NCBI RefSeq assembly: GCF_023055435.1
Contig: NW_025963779.1
Location: forward strand, 1,736,001-1,800,000
Length of the DNA: 64,000 bases
Direction of reading: 5' to 3'
Source of the DNA: Haliotis rufescens
Lineage: Eukaryota
The notes below the pieces were generated by a model. It searched no databases and had not been told where the DNA came from. It was given only the letters and a program-made list of their open reading frames with translations. The position numbers and the translations under genes were made by a program. Of this stretch, positions 44,159 to 55,030 are shown one piece after another (position 1 is the stretch's first letter; each line of letters starts with the position of its first letter).

Positions 44159-45130
44159 TCAAAACATGAAATCCTCAAGCACCATGGCCTTAGTCTTAAA
44201 CAAGTAGTCAATTTCTCCCAAGGAGATATAATTCTTAATGGTCTCTGGAAGCTGCATCTGTAGCAGCGCATCAGGTACAAAACAAGTGATACTTCGTCTG
44301 AGTGTGACTCGGCACTGGTGCATCAAGGACAGGGGACTGCTCTCGTACCTCCAGCACCACCTTGCTATCTCGGGGCAGATCTTCTTGATGACACTCACGT
44401 CTGACTTGGTATAATGCCAGCCTGCCCCACTGGCATACAGGATCAGTTTCCGAAATACTGATGCTTTTGTCTCTCTGCATGCCCAATGGGATTCTTTGTA
44501 GTATTCAAAAGAATTGAAAACAACACACAGATTTTCACCATGCACAATCTTTAAGAGTTTGACAGTAAAGTCGGCCGAGCGCTGCAGGAAGGGGTCAATG
44601 ATTCCAGCACACATGGGCTGAAGCCGGTGCAGCTTCTGAAGTAGCAAATCATGGAACTGTAGTGACGTCGCATGAGCTATGCATGTGTCGATAATACGGA
44701 AGATAAAGTCATGGTCCTCAATTTTGAGGGCTGTGCGAATTACGTACATCATGGCATCCTTGCGGACAGGTTCTGCATGATTCTCCAACAGAACTGAGAC
44801 AATCTGCCAGCATATAGCATGGCGTGGTTCCAGACGGTTGTCGAAAGTTGTAACCAGCGCTAGATCTAGGGGAGAACAGTTGCTTATGTTGACATAATTT
44901 TTATCACAGTTTTTCTGTTTGAGCAAAATCTGGACCATATCAATATGACTCAGTTTCACTGCAAGGATTAATGCAGTTTCCTGGCGGTCGTTGAGAGGTA
45001 GATTGACATTGATGTGTTTGAGCAAGTCTTGAAGGTCACTGGAACTATTGTTAATGATGGCATTCTCCAACGCTCTGGACTTGGCCAAGGTTGGCGACAG
45101 TTTTCTTTCTGTGTCACATTCATAATCCAT
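44159..45130 (-). CDS. Ankyrin-repeat and SOCS-box protein (ASB-like), 323 aa, single coding exon
   Basis: Ankyrin motifs ETALILAVKLSHIDMVQILL and SPLDLAL; C-terminal SOCS box PLSLMHQCRVTLRR..LQMQLPETIKNYI. First ATG is at 45130 (in-frame stop upstream). Splice acceptor ends at 45189, so the exon starts at 45188; AATAAA on the minus strand at 43562-43567. Confidence 0.85.
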   Translation of the reverse strand: MDYECDTERKLSPTLAKSRALENAIINNSSSDLQDLLKHINVNLPLNDRQETALILAVKLSHIDMVQILLKQKNCDKNYVNISNCSPLDLALVTTFDNRLEPRHAICWQIVSVLLENHAEPVRKDAMMYVIRTALKIEDHDFIFRIIDTCIAHATSLQFHDLLLQKLHRLQPMCAGIIDPFLQRSADFTVKLLKIVHGENLCVVFNSFEYYKESHWACRETKASVFRKLILYASGAGWHYTKSDVSVIKKICPEIARWCWRYESSPLSLMHQCRVTLRRSITCFVPDALLQMQLPETIKNYISLGEIDYLFKTKAMVLEDFMF

Positions 45131-45776
45131 ATTAGTGGCGCCAAGGATCACATACCGATTCCATCAGGGTCATGCTTTGGGGAAAAACCTGGAAATACAA
45201 ATCAAATGGAATATGATTTTCTTCTTGATTAGCTTGTTTCAATGATCAAATGAAATTGTAAAATGATAGGGAGTGTGTGCTGCAATTTGATTGGTTGAAA
45301 AACATTTAATGGGATTCAAAGCCTGGAAATCTTATTGACTACCCATTTCGTAAGCATACCATTTCTTGATAAGTATCTTTTTCAAAACAGGCCATTTTAT
45401 TGATTATTCTATGCCCAGAATATTTAATACTCAAAACTTTCAGCTAACACCATTGGTTCCAAATGAAATGTCAGGATATCAGATACTTGATAAAACCTGA
45501 CAATCTGAAAACATATAATGTTTATCGCCTAATTAATTTGATTAATTTGAACAGTTTTAACGCACCATGGGAAGGAATCATAGGCCACATAGGGTTCTAC
45601 TACTACCGTTTGAGGCAAGGCGCTGGTTACCATGGTAACATAATCAGAGATAATCTGGGATTCAATCAAAAATATTTAACCAGCTATGGAACTATTTGTT
45701 TTGATTATCAAAACTGACTTTTCTGGGAACTGCTGCGAAACAAAAATTAGTTGAACACAATAAATGTTTATTTGAT

Positions 45777-45978
45777 GGCTTGTTTGTTGTTTAACACAGC
45801 ACTCAGCAGTATTCCAGCTATATGGCAGCGGTCTGTAAATAATCAAGTCTGGACCAGACAATCCAGTGATTGACATCATGAAAATTGATCTACGTTATTG
45901 GGATACGATGACATGCATCAACCAAGTCAGCAAGCCTGACCACCTGATCCTGTTAGTGGCCTCTTACGACAAGCATAG
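45777..45978 (-). mobile_element. Non-tRNA short retroposon, 5'-truncated
   Basis: Matches the family body and tail; truncated at the atgcttgtcg module. Confidence 0.88.
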
Positions 45979-47142
45979 TACTACTAAACACTACATTCTA
46001 AAATGCACGAAACTATTATGACATCACAGTCTTGTAAACAATACATTTTAAAACGCACTACACTAATATCACATCAGTCTCATAAACACTACATTCTAAA
46101 TAGGGTTAAATATTGCATTCCAGATTATAGTAGCCTGCAGCCTCGGGGAACCGGGGAAACAGAACAAAACCCACTAGCTAACCTTTATGATTGATTGTGT
46201 TATCTATTTCAGATATCAATTATTTTATTTCACTATGCATATTATACTGATAAAAGTTTATTATTTACATTCGTCGCACCGACAACTCCAGCCTATCGTG
46301 GAAAAATTGTGTATGGAGGTCTGAATTGAACAAAAACAATACATAATTCTACCTACCAGTACCACTAGATCTGATGATGCCAGACTTCAGTAATTTATCC
46401 AAAGACAGCACAAGCACAATTCAGTATGTGTAATAATTAGTAGGTATTCAAAGCATATTTACCAAAAAGTAAGAATTGTTTGTTTTTTATCAATAACAAA
46501 ATATCAGGAAAGATAGTTTAAGATTTTTATTTTAGAATTGGATGAAAATAAGTTTTCCAAAAAAGTGGAAAAAAATGTTAAAAGCTAACAATAAATATTT
46601 AAAAAACACTCCTTTTAATGACAACAGTATGTATGTATCATTTGGCTACTGGTGAAGAACGTACTGCTAGTTATGGAATTATGGCCCTTATATTACCTAT
46701 TAAAACAATCTGGCCACATAGCGGGAAAAATATGTAGACTACGTCACTTCCATTGCCTTATTTGTCACCATGACTGTGCAGACGATCTAGCTCAGGTCGA
46801 TAGAGAAAGTTTACTTGGGAAACTGCGGGTCATATCGTAGTCCATTGATATATTGGTGTAAGGTGATTTTAAATGCTAAAAAGATGCCAGAAGTAAACTT
46901 GTATCAACACGTTAATAAATCCTTACTAACAGTAGAAGGAACATTCTGCAGAAATTGAAATTGTTTAAGAAGCAAGCACTTCCTGGTTACTGATTTGCAT
47001 TAGTAAACGGACGCAAGGATGCGAGTTATATAGGCGTATGGCAACGTTCAGGCACACATATAAAGGTCAGAAGGAATGTGAGCATAGAAAGAAATACCAA
47101 GATTAGCGACTTGTAGTGTAGCCATGAAGTATTATAGTTACT

Positions 47143-47235
47143 GTAGTCCTGTGACTGACCACGGGGCTGGGTAGTCCTGTGACTGACCACGGGGCTGGGT
47201 AGTCCTGTGACTGACCACGGGGCTGGGTCGTCCTG
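47143..47235. repeat. 28-bp tandem repeat x3
   Basis: Unit gtagtcctgtgactgaccacggggctgg. Confidence 0.9.
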
Positions 47236-48114
47236 TGGGTATCGAGGCCCTACTCTGGAAACACCATGTAGCCTGGTCACAAACATATTCACAAATATAC
47301 AATAGATTTATTATCCCATTAAGTTAATTATGAAATTAATTGAGTATAATCTTGTATTGATATTGTTTTACACACCTGATATGAGAATGCTATTTTTAAA
47401 AAGGATGAGACTTTCGCCCGTATACCCCATAAGTATACACAAATATAAGGAATGGGCGGCACGTAGGCCTGTAAGTGTAACGTTTGGATGGGGGAAGTCT
47501 TTCCCTTGCATCATCATTTACAAAGTATCACAATACATCTTTACTACAGATGTTAATATGTATCATAATACAGTCCTCAGTGGCACAGTTAACAGTACAC
47601 CAAGCAGTATAGCCTAATTAACCCGAACTGTTGGGGAACAGCGTTCAGGGACGCCGGTGGTCAGCAGACACGCTCGACGAGAAAGTGAGATGACATAATT
47701 TGTGCACAAACGTTTCCTTTTTGCACATAGAAAGTTCAGAAAAATATCTACACATTAATCCATCGGAGAGGTAGAAGTGTCACACCGCAGGCATATCAGC
47801 TGACACCGTGCATCAGCACATGGAATCAGCTGAACTGGAGGTAACAAATTGTAAACAAGATTCACTTCCGGTGGAGACTCGGGTATCTTCGCTACGTTCC
47901 GTTTGAAATCGGAATATGGGCCATCTCCGTCTCTCGACGTTGCCTGACATTGGTGGCCTCGTCTATGAAATCTTTTATAACATTTCTCTCTTTTAAACAA
48001 ATTTATTTATAATTTTGATTTAATATGTGTAATGTAGATAGCTGGATTTTGCTTTTATAATGTAGATTGTATTTGATAAAGTTAAATGACGATATCCCGG
48101 GCCACAGCCAGAGT

Positions 48115-48236
48115 GCAGGGTGCCGTTGGACGAAACAGCTTAGCGCTACGATTGTCGTAAGTCTATGTTAAGGTATCGTAGAGTTACGATCACCATAGCA
48201 CTAAGATCGCTTTGTACATCCAGAACGGCCCCAAGG
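48115..48236. mobile_element. Second copy of the palindromic MITE related to the 53-bp satellite
   Basis: cttagcgctacgattgtcgtaagtctatgttaaggtat...gagttacgatcacc-atagcactaagatcgctttgt. Confidence 0.75.
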
Positions 48237-48802
48237 ACTATTTCTCAGCAGAGATGAAGTTCAGATTTCAGGATACCTCAGGAACCAACGATGATACATT
48301 CGATACCAAACACACATACATGTTGCTCAGTGATACGATCTCCATTATCTGTGCCCCAGAGTAACTATCCTGACCCCCCACCCCCAACCCAGAAGCCCCC
48401 TTGACCCCCCTCCGCCCCCCTATATGTCACATGGGATATTCGTCACTTGTTACAGCCCTTAGACATGATGACGTGTCTAATTAGAATAAGGGGCCAAATC
48501 TCCCTACTGAATCATATAGACATATGCTAGATTAAATGAGACTAATTCTCATACACAGATGCATTTGACATCTTCATGTTAGGTCTTAGATATGTATTCA
48601 TGAGTAGATATATTTGTGATAAGTATGTTATTCATCTCTACTGAAATTAGAGATGTCTGTTAGAAGCGGCCGCTGGTCATCTGTCGCCATGTTGCATGGT
48701 GTCGCGACAGGGCCAGGTCACAGACCGGGTCGGCCCTTTGTCGATTACCAGCATACCACTGCAACCTCACGAAATCCTAGTGTGATGTAGTATGACCAAC
48801 AT

Positions 48803-48982
48803 GACCCGTGAAGATCCGTGTGAGAATCGGTTGGTCTGGCTCGCTGACTTGGTTGCATAGGGATCCAGAGGAGGTGTCCACGAACCCCCCCCCCCCCCCC
48901 CCCCCCCCCTTTTGGATCCCGCCCTTTTAAAAATGCTGGATCCGCCCTTGCATTTGCGTAGATCGATGCTCATGATGTCAAT
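48803..48982 (+). mobile_element. Deleted retroposon copy interrupted by a small ggatcc-bounded insertion containing a poly-C run
   Basis: gacccgtgaagatccg head, then ggatccag...poly-C...ctggatccgccc, then the family body resumes (ttgcgtagatcgatgctcatgatgtcaat). Confidence 0.65.
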
Positions 48983-49129
48983 GTGATGTGGTAACTGTGA
49001 TGTGTGGTTCAGAAATGTAGCGTTTACAGGACTGTGATGTCATATTATATTTGTGCTATTCAGAATGCTCTACAGGACTGTGATGTCATAATAGTCTTGT
49101 GCATTTTAGAATGTAGTGTTTAGTAGTAC

Positions 49130-49333
49130 TATGCTTGTTGTATAAAGAGGCGACTAACGGGAGCAGGTGGTCAGGCTTGCTCACTTGGTTGATGCATGTC
49201 ATAGTATCCAAGTTGCGTAGATCGATGTTCATGATGTCAATCACTAGATTGTCTGGTCCAGACTCGATTATTTACAGACCGCCGTCGTGTAACTGGAATG
49301 TTGCTGAGTGCATCGTTAAACAACAAACAAACA
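49130..49333 (+). mobile_element. Non-tRNA short retroposon, 5'-truncated
   Basis: Family body and (aaac)n tail; same breakpoint and flank as the 45777-45978 copy. Confidence 0.88.
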
Positions 49334-49941
49334 ACACAACATGTATACACGGTCAGAAGCTTGAAGTCATTGTGTTTATGGACGACAGCCTCTTTCACCG
49401 AGTCACAACACGGAAGAAGTCGTTTCCTTGATGACGGTTTAAAGGCTACTCCGTTTCGCTGATAGTCAAGTACCAGTTAGACTTGCACAAGTCTCTAAGG
49501 CAAAAAAAATATTAGTTTCAATCACAATTTTTAGATTATGTAAATAATAAGAAAAAGTTGTCTCTATAAGAGACTGGCGTCCTTGCCTTTTATAAAGATA
49601 GAATTACTTTACAACCATGGTCTTATCATTCAGTACAGCCCTCGAGCAAGGCTAAGTACCAGTGCGATGCGCCGTGAGTGTACGGACAGTGTTAACGTGT
49701 CACAGGCCTGCTTGACAGTGAAACGTACAACTACTCCTTGTGTTTGATGGAACACGCTGGCCTTGGGCATCTTGTTGTTTCTATTGATGATACAATAATA
49801 ACTTCAGAAGTAGTCTTAATAACAACGCCATTAAAAGAATCTCAAATAAATAAAGTATGACACACAGGCACATACACATACACACACATGGATAAATACA
49901 CACGTGATGCACATATGGCACGTGATACGCACATGAGGCGC

Positions 49942-52457
49942 ATAGCGGTATAGTGGTTAACGAGTGACACATGTAGCGGTATAGTGGTTAACGAGTGACA
50001 CCTTTAGCGGTATAGTGGTTAACGAGTGACACCTCTAGCGGTATAGTGGTTAACGAGTGACACCTCTAGCGGTATAGTGGTTAACGAGTGACACCTCTAG
50101 CGGTATAGTGGTTAACGAGTGACACCTTTAGCGGTATAGTGGTTAACGAGTGACACCTCTAGCGGTATAGTGGTTAACGAGTGACACCTCTAGCGGTATA
50201 GTGGTTAACGAGTGACACCTTTAGCGGTATAGTGGTTAACGAGTGACACCTCTAGCGGTATAGTGGTTAACGAGTGAAACATGTAACGGTATACAGGGAT
50301 GTGAAATCTCCGCGGAAACGCGGAAAATCGCGTTTTTTAAAACAGTAGTCCTAGGAAAAAATCATCTTCCGCGGAAAAAAATATTAAATTTAAAAAAAAA
50401 AACACTCCGAAAAATATGATCGAAAACCGGACAATTTGCGCGGATTGTCCTGTTTTCGATCGGAGCTTTCACAGCATAGGTTTTCGGACATCATACGTTT
50501 TCTGTCACGAATACTTGCACTATAACGTGGGGCATGGCGTCACACAGAAATTGTAAATACTCAGAGTCAGCTGATGGCTTGTTTTTAAGATAAAGTTGTC
50601 TTTTAGCCTGTAAGTGAATGAGATGTTTTACAGTTGTTCATGTGATAAGCGAGAAATTTATGAATGTTTCTTCAGCGTCCAAAACCCCATGTCATGGGGA
50701 TATATATTGTATTAATGTCTTATGTTTGCAATGGAGTTTTGTTTTTTTCATCAAAAGGTAAGTACAAGGTAAGTTTTTTTTCAATATGCTTCAACATGGG
50801 GAAAGGGTCAGACATTGCACACTTGTGACAGTTGTCCTTGTGTCTGGGGGATGGGGGTTGAAGTTTATGGCAGTATTGCTCCCAGACCTGGCGGGTAGCC
50901 AGGTGCGCGAAAGCTATGCCCGATTTTTTTAAAGTACTGATTTAACTTCGAAATTTTACTGCATCTGCCATCTTGTTTATTTTACTTATTGACTTTTGCC
51001 ATTGACTTATTACATTTCTTGGTGTGAATGTTGTCCAAACTGCATGAAATTGCTTAAAATGCAATCAAATGTTTTAAAAATTTCTGGGGGGGCATACCCC
51101 CAGACCCCCATAGACTTTTCCTCTTTTTTCGGCAAAATCTGCTCACATCCCTGGGTATAGTGGTTATAACGAGTGACACCTCTAGCGGTATAGTGGTTAA
51201 CGAGTGACACCTCTAGCGGTATAGTGGTTAACGAGTGACACCTTTAGCAGTATAGTGGTTAATGAGTGACACCTCTAGCGGTATAGTGGTTAACGAGTGA
51301 TACTCTAGCGTTATAGTGGTTAACGAGTGACACATGTAGCGGTATAGTGGTTAACGAGTGACACCTCTAGCGGTATAGTGGTTAACGAGTGACACCTCTA
51401 GCGGTATAGTGGTTAACGAGTGACACCTCTAGCGGTATAGTGGTTAACGAGTGACACCTCTAGCGGTATAGTGGTTAACGAGTGACACCTTTAGCGGTAT
51501 AGTGGTTAACGAGTGACACCTCTAGCGGTATAGTGGTTAACGAGTGACACCTTTAGCGGTATAGTGGTTAACGAGTGACACCTCTAGCGGTATAGTGGTT
51601 AACGAGTGACACCTCTAGCGGTATAGTGGTTAACGAGTGACACCTCTAGCGGTATAGTGGTTAACGAGTGACACCTCTAGCGGTATAGTGGTTAACGTGT
51701 GACACCTCTAGCGGTATAGTGGTTAACGAGTGACACCTCTAGCGGTATAGTGGTTAACGAGTGAAACATGTAGCGGTATAGTGGTTAACGAGTGACACCT
51801 CTAGCGGTATAGTGGTTAACGAGTGACACCTTTAGCGGTATAGTGGTTAACGAGTGACACCTCTAGCGGTATAGTGGTTAACGAGTGACACCTCTAGCGG
51901 TATAGTGGTTAACGAGTGACACCTCTAGCGGTATAGTGGTTAAGGAGTGACACCTCTAGCGGTATAGTGGTTAACGAGTGACACATGTAGCGGTATAGTG
52001 GTTAACGAGTGACACCTCTAGCGGTATAACGGTTATGGAGTGATACCCCTGGCGGTAGTGGAGAATGAAAAATACCTCTAGCATTAGCGGTTAACGAGAG
52101 ACACCTCTAGCGGTATAGTGGTTAACGAGTGACACCTCTAGCGGTATAACGGTTACGGAGTGATACCCCTGGCGGTAGTGGAGAATGAAAAATACCTCTA
52201 GCATTAGCGGTTAACGAGAGACACCTCTAGCGGTATAGTGGTTAACGAGTGACACCTCTAGCGGTATAACGGTTACGGAGTGATACCCCTGGCGGTAGTG
52301 GAGAATGAAAAATACCTCTAGCATTAGCGGTTAACGAGAGACACCTCTAGCGGTATAGTGGTTAACGAGAGACACATCTAGCGGTATACCGGTTAACGAG
52401 TGACACCTGTAGCGGTATAGTGGTTGACGAGAGACACATCTAGCGGTAGTGGTTAGC
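49942..52457. repeat. 31-bp minisatellite interrupted by a transposon and ending in a 120-bp higher-order repeat
   Basis: Unit tagcggtatagtggttaacgagtgacacct(c/t); near-exact 120-bp period at 52021, 52141 and 52261. Confidence 0.96.
50294..51153. mobile_element. 860-bp non-autonomous DNA transposon with CAGGGATGTGA TIRs and a 6-bp TSD (hAT-like ends)
   Basis: Perfect 11-bp TIR cagggatgtga / tcacatccctg; GGTATA duplicated at 50288-50293 and 51154-51159. Confidence 0.88.
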
Positions 52458-54909
52458 ACAGGTCCTATCATGGCAAAGGCGTGCCTCTGTGCATATTTCA
52501 CATTTAAATATAAAAGGGACATTTCAAAAGAAAAATCGTATCCTGTTTGTTACAGTCAATGTCTATATATAATCAGGCAGTTTGTACATTGACTGATTCA
52601 CTCGGGTAATGTATAGATTGGCTAAACTACTCTGGCAAAAATGCACATATTGACTAAACGTTTCAGTTAATATACATATTGTCTGATTACAGACATTGAC
52701 TGTAACATAATATGTTTCTGACGAGACATGCTTGTTTTGCAAAAAGTGACGCGCTCAAACTTAAATGCAGAAACCGAAATCAGTTATGTAAAGACATGTT
52801 ATGTAACTGTATCCCATGGTAACACTACTTTCATTATCCTTTCAACCACTTCGTCTTCCATCGTGTGACGTGACCAAGTCCCAGGGACCGGCTGGGGCAA
52901 CAGCTGTCATTCATCGCCCTTCATACCAACTTTAAATGTCAGCAGGTATCTGTGGTTACAATATGTTATATGCAGATATTTAAAAGAAAAGAAAGTATGA
53001 TGTAAACACCAATATTATTTGAAAATAAATAAATAGTGGTGTTTAACCTTTTTTCATGTGTATATATTATGATTCAGCACTTTATGTGTAGAGACGTGAG
53101 TGGATAATACTTAAATAGCACGTTCACCGAGCTTCATGAATGGTGCAGAAGAAAGCGTGTAAATTACAAAAATAGATAATTAAAAGACATAGCATATTTT
53201 CTTCCTGTTTTATTCATCAAAATCAAATATGATCGAACAATGTTTGTTATGCGCGGCCAGTAGAGAACGATTTTTCATCTTCGATTTCCCTTGACTGCGG
53301 ACGTACGTCACATGAACCGTCTGGCGTGTATTGACGCGACCCGTCATCACACTCAAACTGCTCCTTGTATCAGTCTTATACGCTATGGACAGTCATCTGA
53401 TTTAAATCTAAAGACTTTCATCTACAGCTGATTTAACTCCATGTATTCTCATATCAATGTCAAATTTGACGACCCATCCACAAATGTCAGTGATAATAGG
53501 CTTCGCATGTACACTGAAATGCACTGGGAAGCTGTAGGTGGTCGAAGCATATTAAAACACGAGCTGTGACCGAGTTTGATCTGTGACTGCCACGCAAGGC
53601 GCTTCCAAACTTAACAGCCTGTTTACTTAAATCCCATACTTGGCTGCCATGCTGTTATCAATACCCATATAGCCGTCATATCATAGCCAGCTGTGTCGTG
53701 TCCGATGTGGCAAAACAAATATTAGTGACCGATCACTGCAATGTGTCTCCATACATTGTAGATGTTCTTTTTGTGTGAAAAAAAAAGAACATAAATGTTT
53801 GATTGATCCATTCTCTAATTCCAGACCTATACATTACAGATGCTGTAATGTCACATTTAAACAGCATCTGTCCCTGAGATTAGCTGGCGATAATGCTGTT
53901 ATAACGCTGTCAGTCGGTAGATCTATAACCTAATGTATTAATGTAGCGTAAATATAGGTAACGTTGACACATACAGATGGGTGATGTGTCATTTACTAAC
54001 ATATGATGTTTATAAAACGTAAATTCTAAATCCCCAGCGGTGGGGTCGTCAGAGTTTGAATTCCTACCTGTCACCACAAAGGTCACGCATATGAACCTTA
54101 TGAAAAAGACGACATAATATATTGGGGGTGTAGAAAACGTCCCAATGCAAAAATGTTCACAGACAATTTGGAGAAAATATACTAACACAAATCTGTAGTG
54201 ACTTAGTTTATTTATTGTTTAGACATTCAGTTAATTTATTGATATTCTGGAATGTCACAATGTCACATGGTTTCCAAGTCCACCTGCAACTCTTCCCAAA
54301 ATGTGTGGCCATTTTCACTAGAATTTGGGCTCATTTTCTCCAAACTGTTTGGTGCCAATTTTGCATGTGTTCATTTTCTTTCTGACCCTAGATGGCACAT
54401 ATCTGCATTATCAGGAGTGCTATTATATGTTATATCATACTTAAAAATTCCAATATTTCTGTTCATACTATACGAACAGATGTTGTATTTTGTATGGCAT
54501 TTCTAACATTCGTTTTTAATCGTGTGTCTTGATTGCTGAATGTCAAAGGTTTTGAGCAAGTTGCTTGGAAATCTGCCAATCAGCGTGCGACACATTTTAT
54601 GCCCATTTGTCAAAAATAGTTCACAATAGTTCAATCAAACAACGTCAACGCCTGTATAAATTGCCGATTATCTGGAAACATTTCATACTAACAATTGTAT
54701 GTAACATTTTCAAGAGACAGGATAAACAATTTTCTTTATTAATAGAATCTTGATGAAGATTTGCTGCGATCAGCGAACATTGATGTTCGGAGCTTTACAA
54801 ATGAACCGGTGTTGTTTGTGAAAGCGCTTTCTACAACGAACAATGTAAGGAGTTTGCTTTTCCAGCAACAGGTGTCTTGACCCGGAAGAACTCCACGAAG
54901 GTCAGACAT

Positions 54910-54955
54910 CGTGGACCAATGAGAATCCGACAACGCACGAGCCGGGTCCACGTTA
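54910..54955 (-). promoter_or_regulatory. ER-stress elements in the PDIA3 promoter: exact ERSE-II plus a near-UPRE
   Basis: CGTGGACCAAT at 54910-54920 is ATTGG-N-CCACG on the minus strand. CCACGTTA at 54948-54955 is one mismatch from CCACGTCA. Both lie 75-120 bp upstream of the ATG. Confidence 0.65.
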
Positions 54956-55030
54956 GGTCACTTCCACAAGCACGTTGCAGGGTAAAGGTGTGCGAAATTT
55001 ATTAGAAATTAGACTCTCATCGAAGGCAAG

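Noticed and set aside
45131-45151. GTG start for the ASB-like ORF, and TTG/GTG starts for KIF24 exons in the ORF track
   Set aside because: This is a eukaryotic locus: ATG starts and splice acceptors explain the true boundaries.
50288-51159. Dada transposon targeting a tRNA A-box-like sequence (GGTATAGTGG, 6-bp TSD)
   Set aside because: Dada elements lack TIRs, whereas this element has perfect CAGGG-type TIRs. The A-box resemblance of the 31-mer has no accompanying B box.
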